Of a stretch of DNA of 35,532 nt, positions 1-10,549 are shown piece by piece; the stretch's first letter is position 1; every line of letters starts with the position of its first letter. Position numbers and translations under genes: made by a program. Location of the stretch: NCBI RefSeq assembly GCF_006345805.1, contig NW_021828102.1, forward strand, positions 1 through 35,532, given 5' to 3'. The notes beneath the pieces were generated by a model. It was not told the DNA's origin, did no database searches, and saw only the letters and a list, made by a program, of their open reading frames with translations. Source of the DNA: Octopus sinensis. Its lineage: Eukaryota.

Positions 1-359
1 ATCCTACATTTAAATCTCCCGTGTTCGTTGTCTTTTTGCCATGCAACCGATTTCTCTGGATGTATTTTTACCTTGAAGAGTTCAAGTCAAGATCAATTTT
101 TTTTGTTCATTTACACCGTTTCCGATGTTAATTCGTTCGAAACTATAACCAACGAAAGATGGCGCTGTGCTTACGAGGTAGCAACCCAATTAATTATTGC
201 CGTCTCGTCTGTAGAAGCCATTTTATGAAATATGCTTTGCAGAAACAGAACCTGCCCCAGCGCTAAATAGTTATTTTCATGAGTGCTTGTTTGATGTGGT
301 TTTTTTTTTTTAGTTCCACTCTAAACTACTTTCATAAAAAGATCTCAACTCCAAACATC

Positions 360-920
360 AATACTACCACCATCACTGTGAACACAGCAACACTATCAGC
401 ATCACCACTACCACCATACCATTAAGGCTACCATCAACATCATTGCCGCTATTACCATCATCCGCCTCATCACCACCACCACCACCGCTGCCGCCGCCAT
501 CAACATTATCGCCACCACCATCATTATAATCATCGCTCCATCACCACCACCACCACCTTTATCAACATCATTACTGCTATCATTCCAATCAACAATAACG
601 TAACTATATCTGCTAATGGCATAATTTCCAAACATTCCCTACCACCACCACCGCCACCACCATCGGTACCACTAGATGCATTAACATTGTCATCATCATC
701 ATCATCATCATCATCACAACCATCATCAACGATACATGCATATCTCCACATTTAACAATACATTCTTAACCCCCATCATTACTAACAACAACAACAACCA
801 CCACCGTTACAGCCACCATTTACAGCATAGAAATCAACCACTGCTACCACCACCGCCACTTCGAATAACAACAACAAACTCATTCGCCTCAAACATCCAT
901 CTCTAACACATCCGCCGCCA
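360..920. repeat. Degenerate (CAC/CAT/AAC)n trinucleotide low-complexity tract
   Basis: Runs of accaccacc, catcatcat and aacaacaac; explains the poly-V/G/D ORFs at 408-751. Confidence 0.9.
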
Positions 921-1295
921 TTTTAGGGCGCTACTAGTCACTCCACAAGCAACAACACACCTCTCACAAACATATTTATGATAGTTATTATGATGTATAT
1001 ATTTACTGCAATCATCACCTGACTACCATCATACACTACAATCAAGATTATAGAGTAAGAATCAATAGATGGTTGTTAGAAGAGATGTTCTCTGTAATTT
1101 TATTCACTATTTTTCTATACAATCACAGCTTAATGGCCTCATTACATTGCAGTTCTTCTTTATTTTGCTATATTTTTATCTGATATGATTCATAGAAATG
1201 TTTTTAAAAGTCTAACGTCTTCTGAAAATTATCTTAGTAGCGAAAATGTTGAAGAGGGAAAACCGTTTCCTGCATTTTGTCTATTACGTTACGTC

Positions 1296-1452
1296 ATGTG
1301 TGTGCGTGTGTGCGTGTGTGCGTGCGTGCGTGCGTGCGTGTGTTTGTGTGTGTGTGTGTGTGTGTGTTTGTGTGTTTGTGTGTTTGTGTGTTTGTGTGTA
1401 TGTGTGTATGTGTGTATGTGTGTATGTATGTGTGTGTGTGTGTGCGTGTGTG
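1296..1452. repeat. (TG)n/(TGCG)n microsatellite
   Basis: Direct dinucleotide repeat. Confidence 0.97.
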
Positions 1453-1605
1453 GTTTCTTACATATTCAAATACATACCTTCTTCCTGGTTCTCTCATAAG
1501 CTCATATATACGAATATAGAGAGTTGTAGATAGATTTAAGCAGATGTGTGTGTACTGGTGTTTGTGTTATAAATTGTGGTTGTGTGTGAGCTGGTGTGTC
1601 CGAAC

Positions 1606-1900
1606 GTGTGTACTCAAATGTGTATGTGCTTGTACGTGTGTGTGTTCTCAAATATGTATGTGCTTGTACGTGTGTGTACTCAAATGTGTATGTGCTTGTA
1701 CGTGTGTGTACACAAATATGCGCTTGTACGTGTGTGTACTCAAATGTGTATGCGCTTGTACGTGTGTACTCAAATATGTAAGTGCTTGTACGTGTGTACT
1801 CAAATATGTAAGTGCTTGTACGTGTGTACTCAAATATGTAAGTGCTTGTACGTGTGTACTCAAATATGTAAGTGCTTGTACGTGTGTACTCAAATGCGTA
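1606..1900. repeat. 30-32 bp minisatellite, about 9 units
   Basis: Unit GTGTGTACTCAAATATGTAAGTGCTTGTAC in tandem, with four identical copies near the 3' end and more variable 5' copies. Confidence 0.95.
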
Positions 1901-1973
1901 TGTGTGCGTGTGAGTGAGCGGTCGTACGCGCGTGTTTGAGCGGTCGTACGCGCATGTGTGTGCTCTCGTAGTG

Positions 1974-2004
<31 letters not shown>

Positions 2005-2137
2005 GTGTGTGTATGTGTGTGCCTCTTCGTACGTTTGAGTGCGTGTGTGCTCGTACGCTTGAGTATGATTTTTAATCAGCAGACACCAACGTAACTCCAA
2101 GTTTCGTGCCCGACACCTATCAACTACTGTTAACGTA

Positions 2138-2203
<66 letters not shown>

Positions 2204-2599
2204 GAATATTGCTTCCACATAAATTTCGAAAGAAAATTTGCTTCTGCTTTGTCGAGAAGGTATTTTTAAAACATAACCACCCGCTCTATGACATAAATAA
2301 AATATAAATAAAAAAAAGCAGAAAAGTTACATTCCCGATTTAAATAGTTATTCTTCAGTCTACCAATATCAACGTTTACAAATAGAAACTCAGTCAAAAC
2401 CCTTAAAGTTTAGATATCATTATGCCTGACGGTGATCGACGTGGATCTTTGACTATGCAGCTTCAAAAGATGGAACACAACAAGAGGAATCCTACAGGCT
2501 CTTTAATACTTCATCTTCGACAGCGGTTTGCACACTACCGTCAGTAAATGATTTCATCGTCCATTAAACTTATTGGAAATTCTAAATGCGCAACTATAT

Positions 2600-3001
2600 T
2601 TTATCTTTTACTTGTTTTAGACACGGGACCACGGCCGTGATGGAGCATTACGTTGAAGAGATTTAGTTGAACAAGACAAACCCAGTTTTTATATATTTTT
2701 TAAAGTCTAGTACTTATTTTATTCTCTTTTGCCGAGCCGCTATGTTATGGGGATCGTAACAAACTAACGCTTATAATTAAGTAGTGACGAGAATATGTGA
2801 TAAAGTCATTTTTCTATCTACCTGTCTATCTACCTACACACACGACGGGCCTCTACACATTTTCCGTTTTACCAAAATTTGCTCGTAAGACATTTCAGGC
2901 CGGAGCTATAATAGAAGACACTTGCTCAAGGTGCGGCGTAGAGGGATTGAGCCCCATATCATATGGTTTCAAAGAGAGTTTTTTTTAAACCACACAGTCA
3001 T
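2600..3001 (-). mobile_element. Old tRNA-derived SINE (family C), diverged
   Basis: Reverse complement reads ATGACTGTGTGG...GCACCTTGAGCAAGTGTCTTCTATTATAGC...; homologous to + strand copies at 26259-26410, 34526-34643 and 3080-3196. Confidence 0.75.
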
Positions 3002-3079
3002 AACTCTGCCCTTTGCGAAATTCAAATTCCTGGTTGCTGCTCTCTTCTTGGTATAAATATCTATTCACGAACAGAAAAC

Positions 3080-3143
3080 AGGTTTGTTTACATCCCCTAA
3101 CTTAAGCGGTTCAGCAAAAGAAACCGATAGAATAAGTAGCAGA

Positions 3144-3183
<40 letters not shown>

Positions 3184-3196
3184 ATTTGCCGATGTA
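3080..3196 (+). mobile_element. 3' part of a family C SINE (left half, interrupted by a Helitron), with internal poly-A
   Basis: GTTTGTTTACATCCCCTAACTTAAGCGGTTCAGCAAAAG...AATAAGTAGCAGACTT(A)n matches the reverse complement of about 2690-2765; continues at 4287-4335. Confidence 0.7.
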
Positions 3197-3222
3197 TCAA
3201 TATTATTTCTAAACTCAAAGCT

Positions 3223-3540
3223 TGTTTTTCCTGCCATTTGATCAAGATGATAAAGATTACAAATAAAATAGTCCTTTCCCTCTTTAAAAAAAAAAAGAAT
3301 CAAGTTAAAAATGCCGACACTTTAGAGTCGTCGTCCGTCCTTTTTTCTTTCTCCCCACCCCCTTAATCATTTATTCAACTTTCAGTGTGCCATGGACTTG
3401 AAAGATAGAAATTCTCCCTATGACATTTTTGAATTACATTTTTGAAGTACATGAATTTTTTTTTTCTTAAAGGGGAAAATTATTATTTTCTTTAAAATAA
3501 AATATTAATCTTTATCATCTTAATCAACAGCAGAAAAACA
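3223..3540. repeat. Fold-back / MITE-like inverted repeat inside the Helitron
   Basis: TGTTTTTCCTGCCATTTGATCAAGATGATAAAGATTA (3223-3259) vs TAATCTTTATCATCTTAATCAACAGCAGAAAAACA (3506-3540); weaker complementarity extends inward. Confidence 0.7.
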
Positions 3541-3547
3541 GAGAGAG

Positions 3548-4200
3548 ACTATCTCTTTATAGACGAACATTAGTTGCAATGGGAAGAGCTGAATCTCATA
3601 AGAATGGAAATACAAACAACAAATGTGCTCTACTTTATAATGAAACTTTTTAAAGAACATTCAAATCTCCCTGCAACGTTGAAATCGTTGCCTCAGAGCA
3701 GCATATTAAGTATGTCATTAAGTACACGCTGAAAGGAAATGACCAAGCTGCTCTTCATAGAAACAATCATAACGTCATTAGTCAATACCTTATGGGTAGG
3801 TATATTGCACCCTCCGAAGCAGTTGCATACATTTTAGGATTTTCAATTCATGAAAGAGCACCTGCAATAGTGCGACTGCACGTTCATATACCAGATGAAA
3901 GGAGAATATTACTCAGAAATAATGAGGATATATATGATTGTCAATGAACGACATATGAGAACAACATTGACAGAATGTTGACAGAATGATGACTTTGCAA
4001 AAAAAAGTCTTACTTTATGCTGAAGTACCTATGTATTTCACTTGAAACAGTAGTAACAAAGAATGGCAAAGAAGAAAGCGAGGAAAAAAGTTAAAGAACA
4101 TTTGAACATTTTCAGAGAAGAAGCAATTCTGTCGGGTTTATGTTGTGACACCAAAGGCAGGAGAACTGTATTAAAAATTTTATTACGTGAAATTCGAAAT
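3548..4200 (+). pseudogene. Helitron RepHel protein remnant (region downstream of the Rep catalytic motifs), with stops and frameshifts
   Basis: Manual translation: NNKCALLYNETF*RTFKSPCNVEIVASEQHIKYVIKYTLKGNDQA...ISQYLMGRYIAPSEAVAYILGFSIHERAPAIVRLHVHIP...TTLTE...LLYAEVPMYFT*N...KEWQRRKRG. This matches Helitron motifs VVPYNP..HINVE..IKY..KY..KG.D, RY.S..EA.WRI..F.IH...P.V.RL.VHL and LLY.E.P.Y.TW. Confidence 0.9.
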
Positions 4201-4394
4201 AGTATTTTTTTTTCCTTTCCCGTTGCGCATCGACATTTTCAACTTTAAGTGGATGTGACCCAACGGGTCACGGCGGGTACATCTAGTATATGACTAAAAC
4301 CCGTCGGGGCGGTGCCTCAGCATCGCCAAACAGTTTATTTCAACAGGAATTTAGCAACAAAAAGATTTAATGTTTTTTGTTTAATGTTTCTTTA

Positions 4395-4495
4395 GGCCTG
4401 GTACTCAAAAAGACCAGTTACCCGGTTTCTGTGGCTTGAAAGTAACTGAGACCACAACAACCCTCTGAACGGGACGACGGTCCGTTGTCGGGTCG
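4395..4495 (-). mobile_element. 3' tail fragment related to the SINE at 30776-31082
   Basis: Reverse complement ACGGACCGTCGTCCCGTTCAG...GCCACAGAAACCGGGTAACTGG resembles 30987-31060. Confidence 0.55.
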
Positions 4496-4531
4496 AAGAT
4501 CGGCAATTTTGAGAGGAGGTGAGGACAAATC

Positions 4532-4759
4532 TATTACTTTACTACCCACAAGGGGCTAAACACAGAGGGGACAAACAAGGACAGACAAAGGGATTAAGTC
4601 GATTACATCGACCCCAGTGCGTAACTGGTGCTTAATTTATCAACCCCGAAAGGATGAAAGACAAAGTCGACCTCGGCGGAATTTGAACTCAGAACGTAAC
4701 AGCAGACGAAATACGGCTACGCATTTCGCCCGGCGTGCTAACGTTTCTGCCAGTTCGCC
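4532..4759 (-). mobile_element. Young tRNA-derived SINE (family A) with 16-bp TSD, inserted into an older family A copy (about 4500-4935)
   Basis: Near-identical to the reverse complement of 5573-5794; TSD GAGGTGAGGACAAATC at 4516-4531 and 4760-4775. Confidence 0.92.
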
Positions 4760-5572
4760 GAGGTGAGGACAAATCGATTACATGGATAAGTACCAAGAAT
4801 TGACTGCTATTTTATTTCATCGACCTTGAAGGGATGGAAAGCAAAGTTGACCTCGGTGCGATTTGAACTCAGAACGCAAAGAGCCACTAAGCATTTTGCT
4901 CAATGTGCAAACGATTTCAATCAGCTCAGCGCCTGGTAGTGTATCTAGGAGCACATCATCACGGACAATACGTCTCCCATCTATTTTTATGACAGTCGGA
5001 TATGATCGGAAGGAGATCAGGTTGCTGGTATTTCTAGCAGGTCGAGAAACGATGCTGAGATACCCGGTTCTTTCTATAGAGATATTTACTATTATCGTAC
5101 ATACATTTCTTTCTGTAATATTCAATAACAGGTTGCAAAGGATGTGTTAAGAGCTCTCAAATTTATATCTATATTCCGCAAACTCTCATAAAAGCAGAAA
5201 CTTCAAATGCTTCCGCATAATCTTACACTTTTCCCCATCTTTAGGTTTCTAGTAAAGCATATTCAATTCTATATTTCTGGATAGAACAAGTTGTAATTAG
5301 ATTTAACAGGATTTCCTTCTTAAGTGAATTTGTGAGAAGACCTAATAAATAGTATTTTTTGTATCACACGAAAGTCATTATACCACTGGTTCTGCTTTCC
5401 TTCTTTTATTAGTCAATTCGTTAATATGTAGCTAATTAACTAACCGATCATTTGAGTAATCGTTCGATCATTGATGACTATCAAAGACATACCAGCTATA
5501 CTCCAGAACGGCGGTTAATTGGTGAAATGTTAACGAACAGAAGTGAAATAGAACCGGTGTGTGTATTTATTA

Positions 5573-5794
5573 GGCGGCGAGCTGGCAGAAACGTTAGCAC
5601 GCCGGACGAAATGCTGAGCGGTATTTCGTCTGTCGTTACGTTCTGAGTTCAAATTCTGCCGAGGTCGACTTTGCCTTTCATCCTTTCGGGGTCGATTAAA
5701 TAAGTACCAGTTACGCACTGGGGGTCGATATAATCGACTTAATCCGTTTGTTTGTCCCCTCTGTGTTTAGCCCCTTGTGGGTAGTAAAGAAATA
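5573..5794 (+). mobile_element. tRNA-derived SINE (family A) with 17-bp TSD
   Basis: A-box TGGCAGAAACG, B-box GAGTTCAAATTC, core GAGGTCGACTTTGCCTTTCATCCTTTCGGGGTCGAT; TSD GGTGTGTGTATTTATTA at 5556-5572 and 5795-5811. Confidence 0.93.
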
Positions 5795-6020
5795 GGTGTG
5801 TGTATTTATTAACAATGACTCCCGAGATACAACAAAATCTGTTTCAGCACTCGAGTTCACCTCAAGAATCTGGCAAACTAATGCCTTGATAAACATTTCA
5901 TTGGAATCTGTGAGAAATCCGATTCCTCTGTAGCGTTAGTCATGTCATTTTGTAACTGCGATTCTGTTACGAGAGCTTTTCGTACTTTAGTTTGTTTGAT
6001 GCCGGTTCATAGTTAATTTC

Positions 6021-6236
6021 AGGCGAGCTGGCAGAAGCGTTAGCACGCCAGGAAAAATACTTAGTGGCATTTCGTCCGTCTTTACGTTCAGAGTTTAAAT
6101 TCCACCGAGGTCGACTTTGCCTTTCATCCTTTCAGAGTCGATAAAACAAATACCAGTCGAGCACTGGGGTCGATGCAATCGATTTACCCCCCACCCCCCT
6201 CCCAAAATTTCTGGCCCTGTGCTAAAATTTGAAACC
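6021..6236 (+). mobile_element. Family A SINE, older subfamily with alternative tail
   Basis: Same head and core as 5573; tail CCCAAAATTTCTGGCCCTGTGCTAAAATTTGAAACC shared with 30560-30600 and 31115-31150. Confidence 0.88.
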
Positions 6237-6921
6237 TACATTTTACTATATTGCTTTTGGTTTATATATTTGTGATAACTAATTGTAGGTCTTTTAAGTC
6301 TTTCAGAAGCTAGAATGATTGGCAAAAAAAAAAAAAAACTCTAGAAGGGCAAAAATTTATAACAAACATTTGTACTCTTGATTTTTCGTCGACTGGCCTT
6401 TGGCACAAAATGGATTCAGTATTCCGTTTGTATCGCAGAAATTGTTGCCAGATGTAAGGGTAGCATTTGATTGGCCGATAGATGAAGTGGTACGTTTTCT
6501 GAGCCACCGACCATGCAGCGATAAGAATGCTAAGTTTCGATACAAGTTAAGTATCACCGCTCATTAAACTGATACAAATAAGTGGTACTTTATTTGTACC
6601 GCCCAGCTTCAACGAGTTAAAGAATTTGAAGTTTTAGAAGGGTCTTATATTCAATCTTTGTATAAGTAGGGTACAGACGCTTCAAATGTTTGGGTAAGCC
6701 AACAGCTGGTGTAAGTTTGTTCAGAGACTTAATGTTGTATCACATTTTTAGTGTAGTAAGTGGATCTGATGCATTAGTTCTGCTCAAAACAACAAAATTG
6801 GAAAATCTAGCTGAGCTTTCGGACAAAAACGTAGCTTTTCCCCTTAATAGAAGCATTTGGTGCTCCAGTAAATATATCAGTGAATTCAAAGATATACGTT
6901 TATGTGCGTGTGTGTATTTAT

Positions 6922-7065
6922 GAGAGAGAGGAGGACGAGAGAGAGTTGGGGAAGGAGAGAGTGGGGGAAGAAGAGAGATTGGTGGAGGGAGAGAGAGAGG
7001 AGGAAGAGAGAGAGTGGGGGAGGGAGGGAGAGAGAGAGAGAGATCTGTGTGTGTGGTGTGTGTGT
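6922..7065. repeat. Polypurine (GA)-rich tract followed by (TG)n
   Basis: Direct composition. Confidence 0.9.
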
Positions 7066-7131
7066 TTACGCTTTCCAAGAGCGATTTACGCAGGTTTGCA
7101 AAGCGAATAGGAAAATGGAATGCAAAATAAA

Positions 7132-7200
7132 AGACAAGTAGGAATCGAACCTGCTTCTCTTAGGTTGACAACTGGTATGTTTACTGGTCTGCCAAAACCC
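7132..7200 (-). other. Degenerate tRNA-like head (tRNA pseudogene or SINE head)
   Basis: Reverse complement GTTTTGGCAGACCAGTAAACATACCAGTTGTCAACCTAAGAGAAGCAGGTTCGATTCCTACTTGTC has A-box-like TGGCAGACCAG and B-box GGTTCGATTCC at tRNA spacing; stems do not close. Confidence 0.5.
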
Positions 7201-7591
7201 CTCTGTCACTATTCCCTTGCTATGTCAGTACATTTAACAGATAATTCTAAATCTTTTTAACTGTTTTACATGAATAGTTAGTATCGTGGTATAGCATGGG
7301 CATAGGGTGGATTTTGACTGCTCTGTACGGTAACCAAATTCGTCGCTCTTTCCTTAAGCTCAACGTACCTTCAACATTCTCCCTGCTCCCTTTCTAAAGT
7401 GGTCCCCCGTGCGGTCTGCTCAAAACGAACACCCCACGCCAGGATAACGAATCACTGTACTTCATTTTGGAAGGAAGTTTTTTCCCCCTTTAATATACTG
7501 GTCTCACGTTTCCTTTGTATACTTTAACAGAAGACGTCGTTATAGAAATTATGGTGAGGCCAACCCCAATTTAAATAGGAAATACATTTAA

Positions 7592-8235
7592 CACATTAAG
7601 TCCCAGAATACTTAAATTTCTTAATATTACTTTAAAAGGATCTTTTCGGTTTGAACGGCAGTTTTTCTAGCGGTGCCATATGAAATTGTCACCCTTAATT
7701 ATGACCCTAGTATCGATCTATTGCATTTCAATATGTGTTAGGGTTAGTTATGGGTGGGGAGGAGGGAATGGTATCTTTTTTATTCAGAAATGTAAATAAA
7801 CCCAATCTGTTTCTTAAGCGACGGACATATTCATACGACACAATGTTTTCACCTCAATAGACGTCATTGATTGGTAGAAATTGAAGAAAAAAACAACAAA
7901 TATCTTACAAACTATAGAAATTCCTCAATAAAGCCAAGAGAAAAAGATGTTTTATAAACACATTCTACCAGTATACGAAGTTTAAAAGTGTTTAGTTACG
8001 TGGAAATTATTTAATAAAAAAAAACTGCCGTTCAAACCGAAAAGATCCCTTTAAATTTTTTACAGATGATTGAAAATAAGTTAAAATGAAAAAAAGTCAA
8101 TTATTAAAACTCGTTTACTTCAAGTAGGAATGGAAATACTCGGTGTCCTATAAATAGTACACCGAGACAATGTGATATAGCTTATTTAGTGTTCTCATTT
8201 AGTGTCCTATTTATAGGACAGTGGGACTTCACAGG
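7592..8235. mobile_element. piggyBac-like MITE (TTAA-flanked), interrupted by a second MITE
   Basis: TTAA|CACATTAAGTCCCA ... TGGGACTTCACAGG|TTAA (imperfect 14-bp TIR); subterminal palindrome TGTCCTATTTATAGGACA. Confidence 0.55.
7638..8048. mobile_element. 411-bp MITE with perfect 29-bp TIRs and probable 8-bp TSD
   Basis: GGATCTTTTCGGTTTGAACGGCAGTTTTT ... AAAAACTGCCGTTCAAACCGAAAAGATCC; flanks CTTTAAAA / CTTTAAAT (7 of 8 match); GG termini with an 8-bp TSD are Merlin-like (inference). Confidence 0.88.
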
Positions 8236-8571
8236 TTAAAGTCAGTTTTTTTTTTCCTTTTTAATGTATAAAATACAAGATGTCTATGAATTAAAAATGT
8301 ATTTAAAATCAAGAATATCAACGAGTCGACATATTCAAATTTCAATAGCAGAATAAAACGTTTCGATTTCGAATCTCGGGTGAAGAGTCAAACGCAAAAT
8401 TACCAATATAAAAAAATGAAATAAAAAGATATTCGGAATACGCATGCAGGGTTCGAACTTACCGTAGAGAAATTATGGCAAAATATAAAAATATTAAACA
8501 TACTCATGTTGACAAAAAGCTTAAAAAAAAAAAAACTGTAAGCATATTTAATCAAATTTCATCTACCTTAA

Positions 8572-8791
8572 CCCTTCAGTGTTTAAACTGGCCAAATCCG
8601 GCCCATATATTCTACATATTTTATATTCAAACTGGCCATATCCAGCCTCTCACACCTAACCTACATTGACATTCTAAAAATAAACAATCACATCATTGAA
8701 ACCTCAAAGCTGTAAGGTAATGCATGATTAATTAAAAACAATTTAAATAAAAAAGCATTACATTTAACAGAGTAATCTGAACACTAAAGGG
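8572..8791. mobile_element. 220-bp piggyBac-type MITE
   Basis: TTAA|CCCTTCAGTGTTTAAA ... TCTGAACACTAAAGGG|TTAA; CCC termini and TTAA TSD are piggyBac hallmarks. Confidence 0.88.
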
Positions 8792-8838
8792 TTAATTAAC
8801 GCAATAATATTACTTCAAAAACAAATATATATATAATA

Positions 8839-9099
8839 GAGCGGGCTAAAAGTCACGCACCAAAATTAAAAGGTGGGCGGAGGTAAAGAATACGCACACC
8901 ATCGGTTTTCGGAGTAACAAAAACCCTAACCCTAGGTAAAGAATACGCACACCAGGTGTTTAGGGTTAGGGGTTTTGTTTCGCCGCAAAACGGGTGGTAT
9001 GCGTATTCTTTAATATATATTGTACATTTCAGTAATAATAAAAAAAGCGTAATAGAAATGAAATGTCAAATGTTTTGGTGCGTGACTTATGACCCATCC
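8839..9099. mobile_element. MITE-like element with nested inverted repeats and telomeric hexamers
   Basis: Outer IR core AAGTCACGCACCAAAA / TTTTGGTGCGTGACTT; inner IR of about 50 bp TAAAGAATACGCACACC...AAAACCCTAACCCT / AGGGTTAGGGGTTTTG...GGTATGCGTATTCTTTA; no clear TSD. Confidence 0.75.
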
Positions 9100-9354
9100 T
9101 GTATATAGGGCTTAAAAATATGCTTACCTACCTTTGATAGATTATATGTCGGCCACTCGGAGATTTTGGGTTCAGCGAAGGCCTACAGCCAATTTGTATT
9201 ACAAATTTGAAAGCCAGACGACCTATGCACGTGAGACATCTTGTTTAATCGGTAAAACGGCGGTGATCGGCAATTTAGTTCCTTTCACAATGTTTGTGTC
9301 GCGAGGAACCACAACTCTTACAGAATTTAAAAATATAGGAGAGTGGTTAGACCT

Positions 9355-9490
9355 CATTGGTTGAAGAATCCATTTAGATATTAAAGATTTCTATTGGTTA
9401 CACACCAGGATTGTAGCTGTTATTATGTTATATCTCAATGATTGAAGAAGTCACTTAAATATTGAAGATTTTTATTGGTTACACCCAAAA
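9355..9490. repeat. Diverged two-copy direct repeat, period about 81 bp
   Basis: TTGAAGAATCCATTTAGATATTAAAGATTTCTATTGGTTACAC vs TTGAAGAAGTCACTTAAATATTGAAGATTTTTATTGGTTACAC. Confidence 0.75.
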
Positions 9491-9859
9491 ATTATCTCCC
9501 CTCATAAATTGCCGGGGTGTGGAGGCTCCAGTGAGATTGTGAGTTCATGTACTGTTGTTTGTTCTACTGGTCATGTAAAGGACATTTGTGTTATAATGAA
9601 TAATCCAAATGTAAATGAAAATTTTAATCGAATCTCTTAAATGTTTTTTGTATGTATGTCCTGTATTTGTCCTTCTGTGTAATCGATTTTTATAATCATA
9701 ATAAAGAAATACCCAAAAATTATCTCCATCAATTAAATAAACTAAATTCATAAGGTACATACGATAGTTGTAAAGTGTTGAATTCATTACACAAAGTCAA
9801 TGCCGACAAAGCAAGAGGGATCAACGGGGTGACACCATTTCTAATTATTGGATTAAAAT

Positions 9860-10061
9860 TTTAACCCAAGGCCAACAGTTTCGAGGGAGGGCGTGAGCCG
9901 ATTACATCGACCCTAGCATTCAACTGATACTTATTTTATCGACCCCGAAGAGACCAAAAACAAAGTCGATCTCGGCATCATTTAAACTTCGAACGTAAAC
10001 ATGACGAAATGCTGCTAAGCATTTTTGTTCGGTGTGCTACCGATTCTACCCGTCTGCCACC
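9860..10061 (-). mobile_element. Family A SINE, diverged
   Basis: CGATTACATCGACCC...TCGACCCCGAA...CAAAGTCGATCTCGGC, the reverse complement of the family core. Confidence 0.85.
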
Positions 10062-10253
10062 CTCCGCTTCTAATTTTGGAAAGACTTCCGTCCCCGCCGC
10101 CATTTTCTCCCAAATTTGTTTATTTTTGTAATTTTTTTTTACCAAAAATCCCAGTTTTCGGATACGGAGGTTCCCGAAAATTGCCAAAAATTGGCATTGT
10201 GAAATTCACCCTCTTTCTCATAACTTCTTCATTTTTTTACTTTTCCCTCCAAC

Positions 10254-10350
10254 ACTAACCCTAAAATCCTAACCCTAACCCTAAAACCTTAAAACCCTAA
10301 CCCTAACCCTAAAACCCAAACCCTACCCCTAACCATGAAACCGTAACCGA
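10254..10350. repeat. Interstitial telomere-like (CCCTAA/CCCTAAAA)n tract
   Basis: ctaaccctaaaatcctaaccctaaccctaaaaccttaaaaccctaaccctaaccctaaaaccc... Confidence 0.85.
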
Positions 10351-10494
10351 AAGCACAGAACTGTTTTGAAATTATATATATATATATATATATAATTGTA
10401 AATACTAAGGGTAAACAGTTGAATATTCATTTAATTAATATCAATTTAAACCAGTGGCCCAACATATTGGATGTTCACTTAGTGGTCATCTTTC

Positions 10495-10517
10495 TCCCCC
10501 CTCTCTCTCTCTCTATG

Positions 10518-10549
<32 letters not shown>

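Larger units (their letters stand above)
3197..4286 (+). mobile_element. Internally deleted (non-autonomous) Helitron with both termini
   Basis: 5' TC at 3197 after A3196; 3' hairpin GTGACCC-AAC-GGGTCAC (4255-4271), 11-nt spacer, CTAG (4283-4286) then T; no TSD; internal RepHel remnant; flanks rejoin into one SINE. The 5' end is inferred from the SINE rejoining. Confidence 0.85.

Noticed and set aside
1606-1900. 30-bp repeats as a CRISPR array
   Set aside because: Units are directly adjacent with no unique spacers, the context is eukaryotic and there are no cas genes
2422-2547. Short ORF MPDGDRRGSLTMQLQKMEHNKRNP...
   Set aside because: 41 codons, no recognisable motif, weak splice signals
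6565-6577. ATTAAACTGATA matching part of U2 snRNA in reverse
   Set aside because: Only about 12 nt match and the flanks are unrelated to U2
10254-10350. True telomere or chromosome end
   Set aside because: Short, degenerate and internal, with ordinary sequence on both sides
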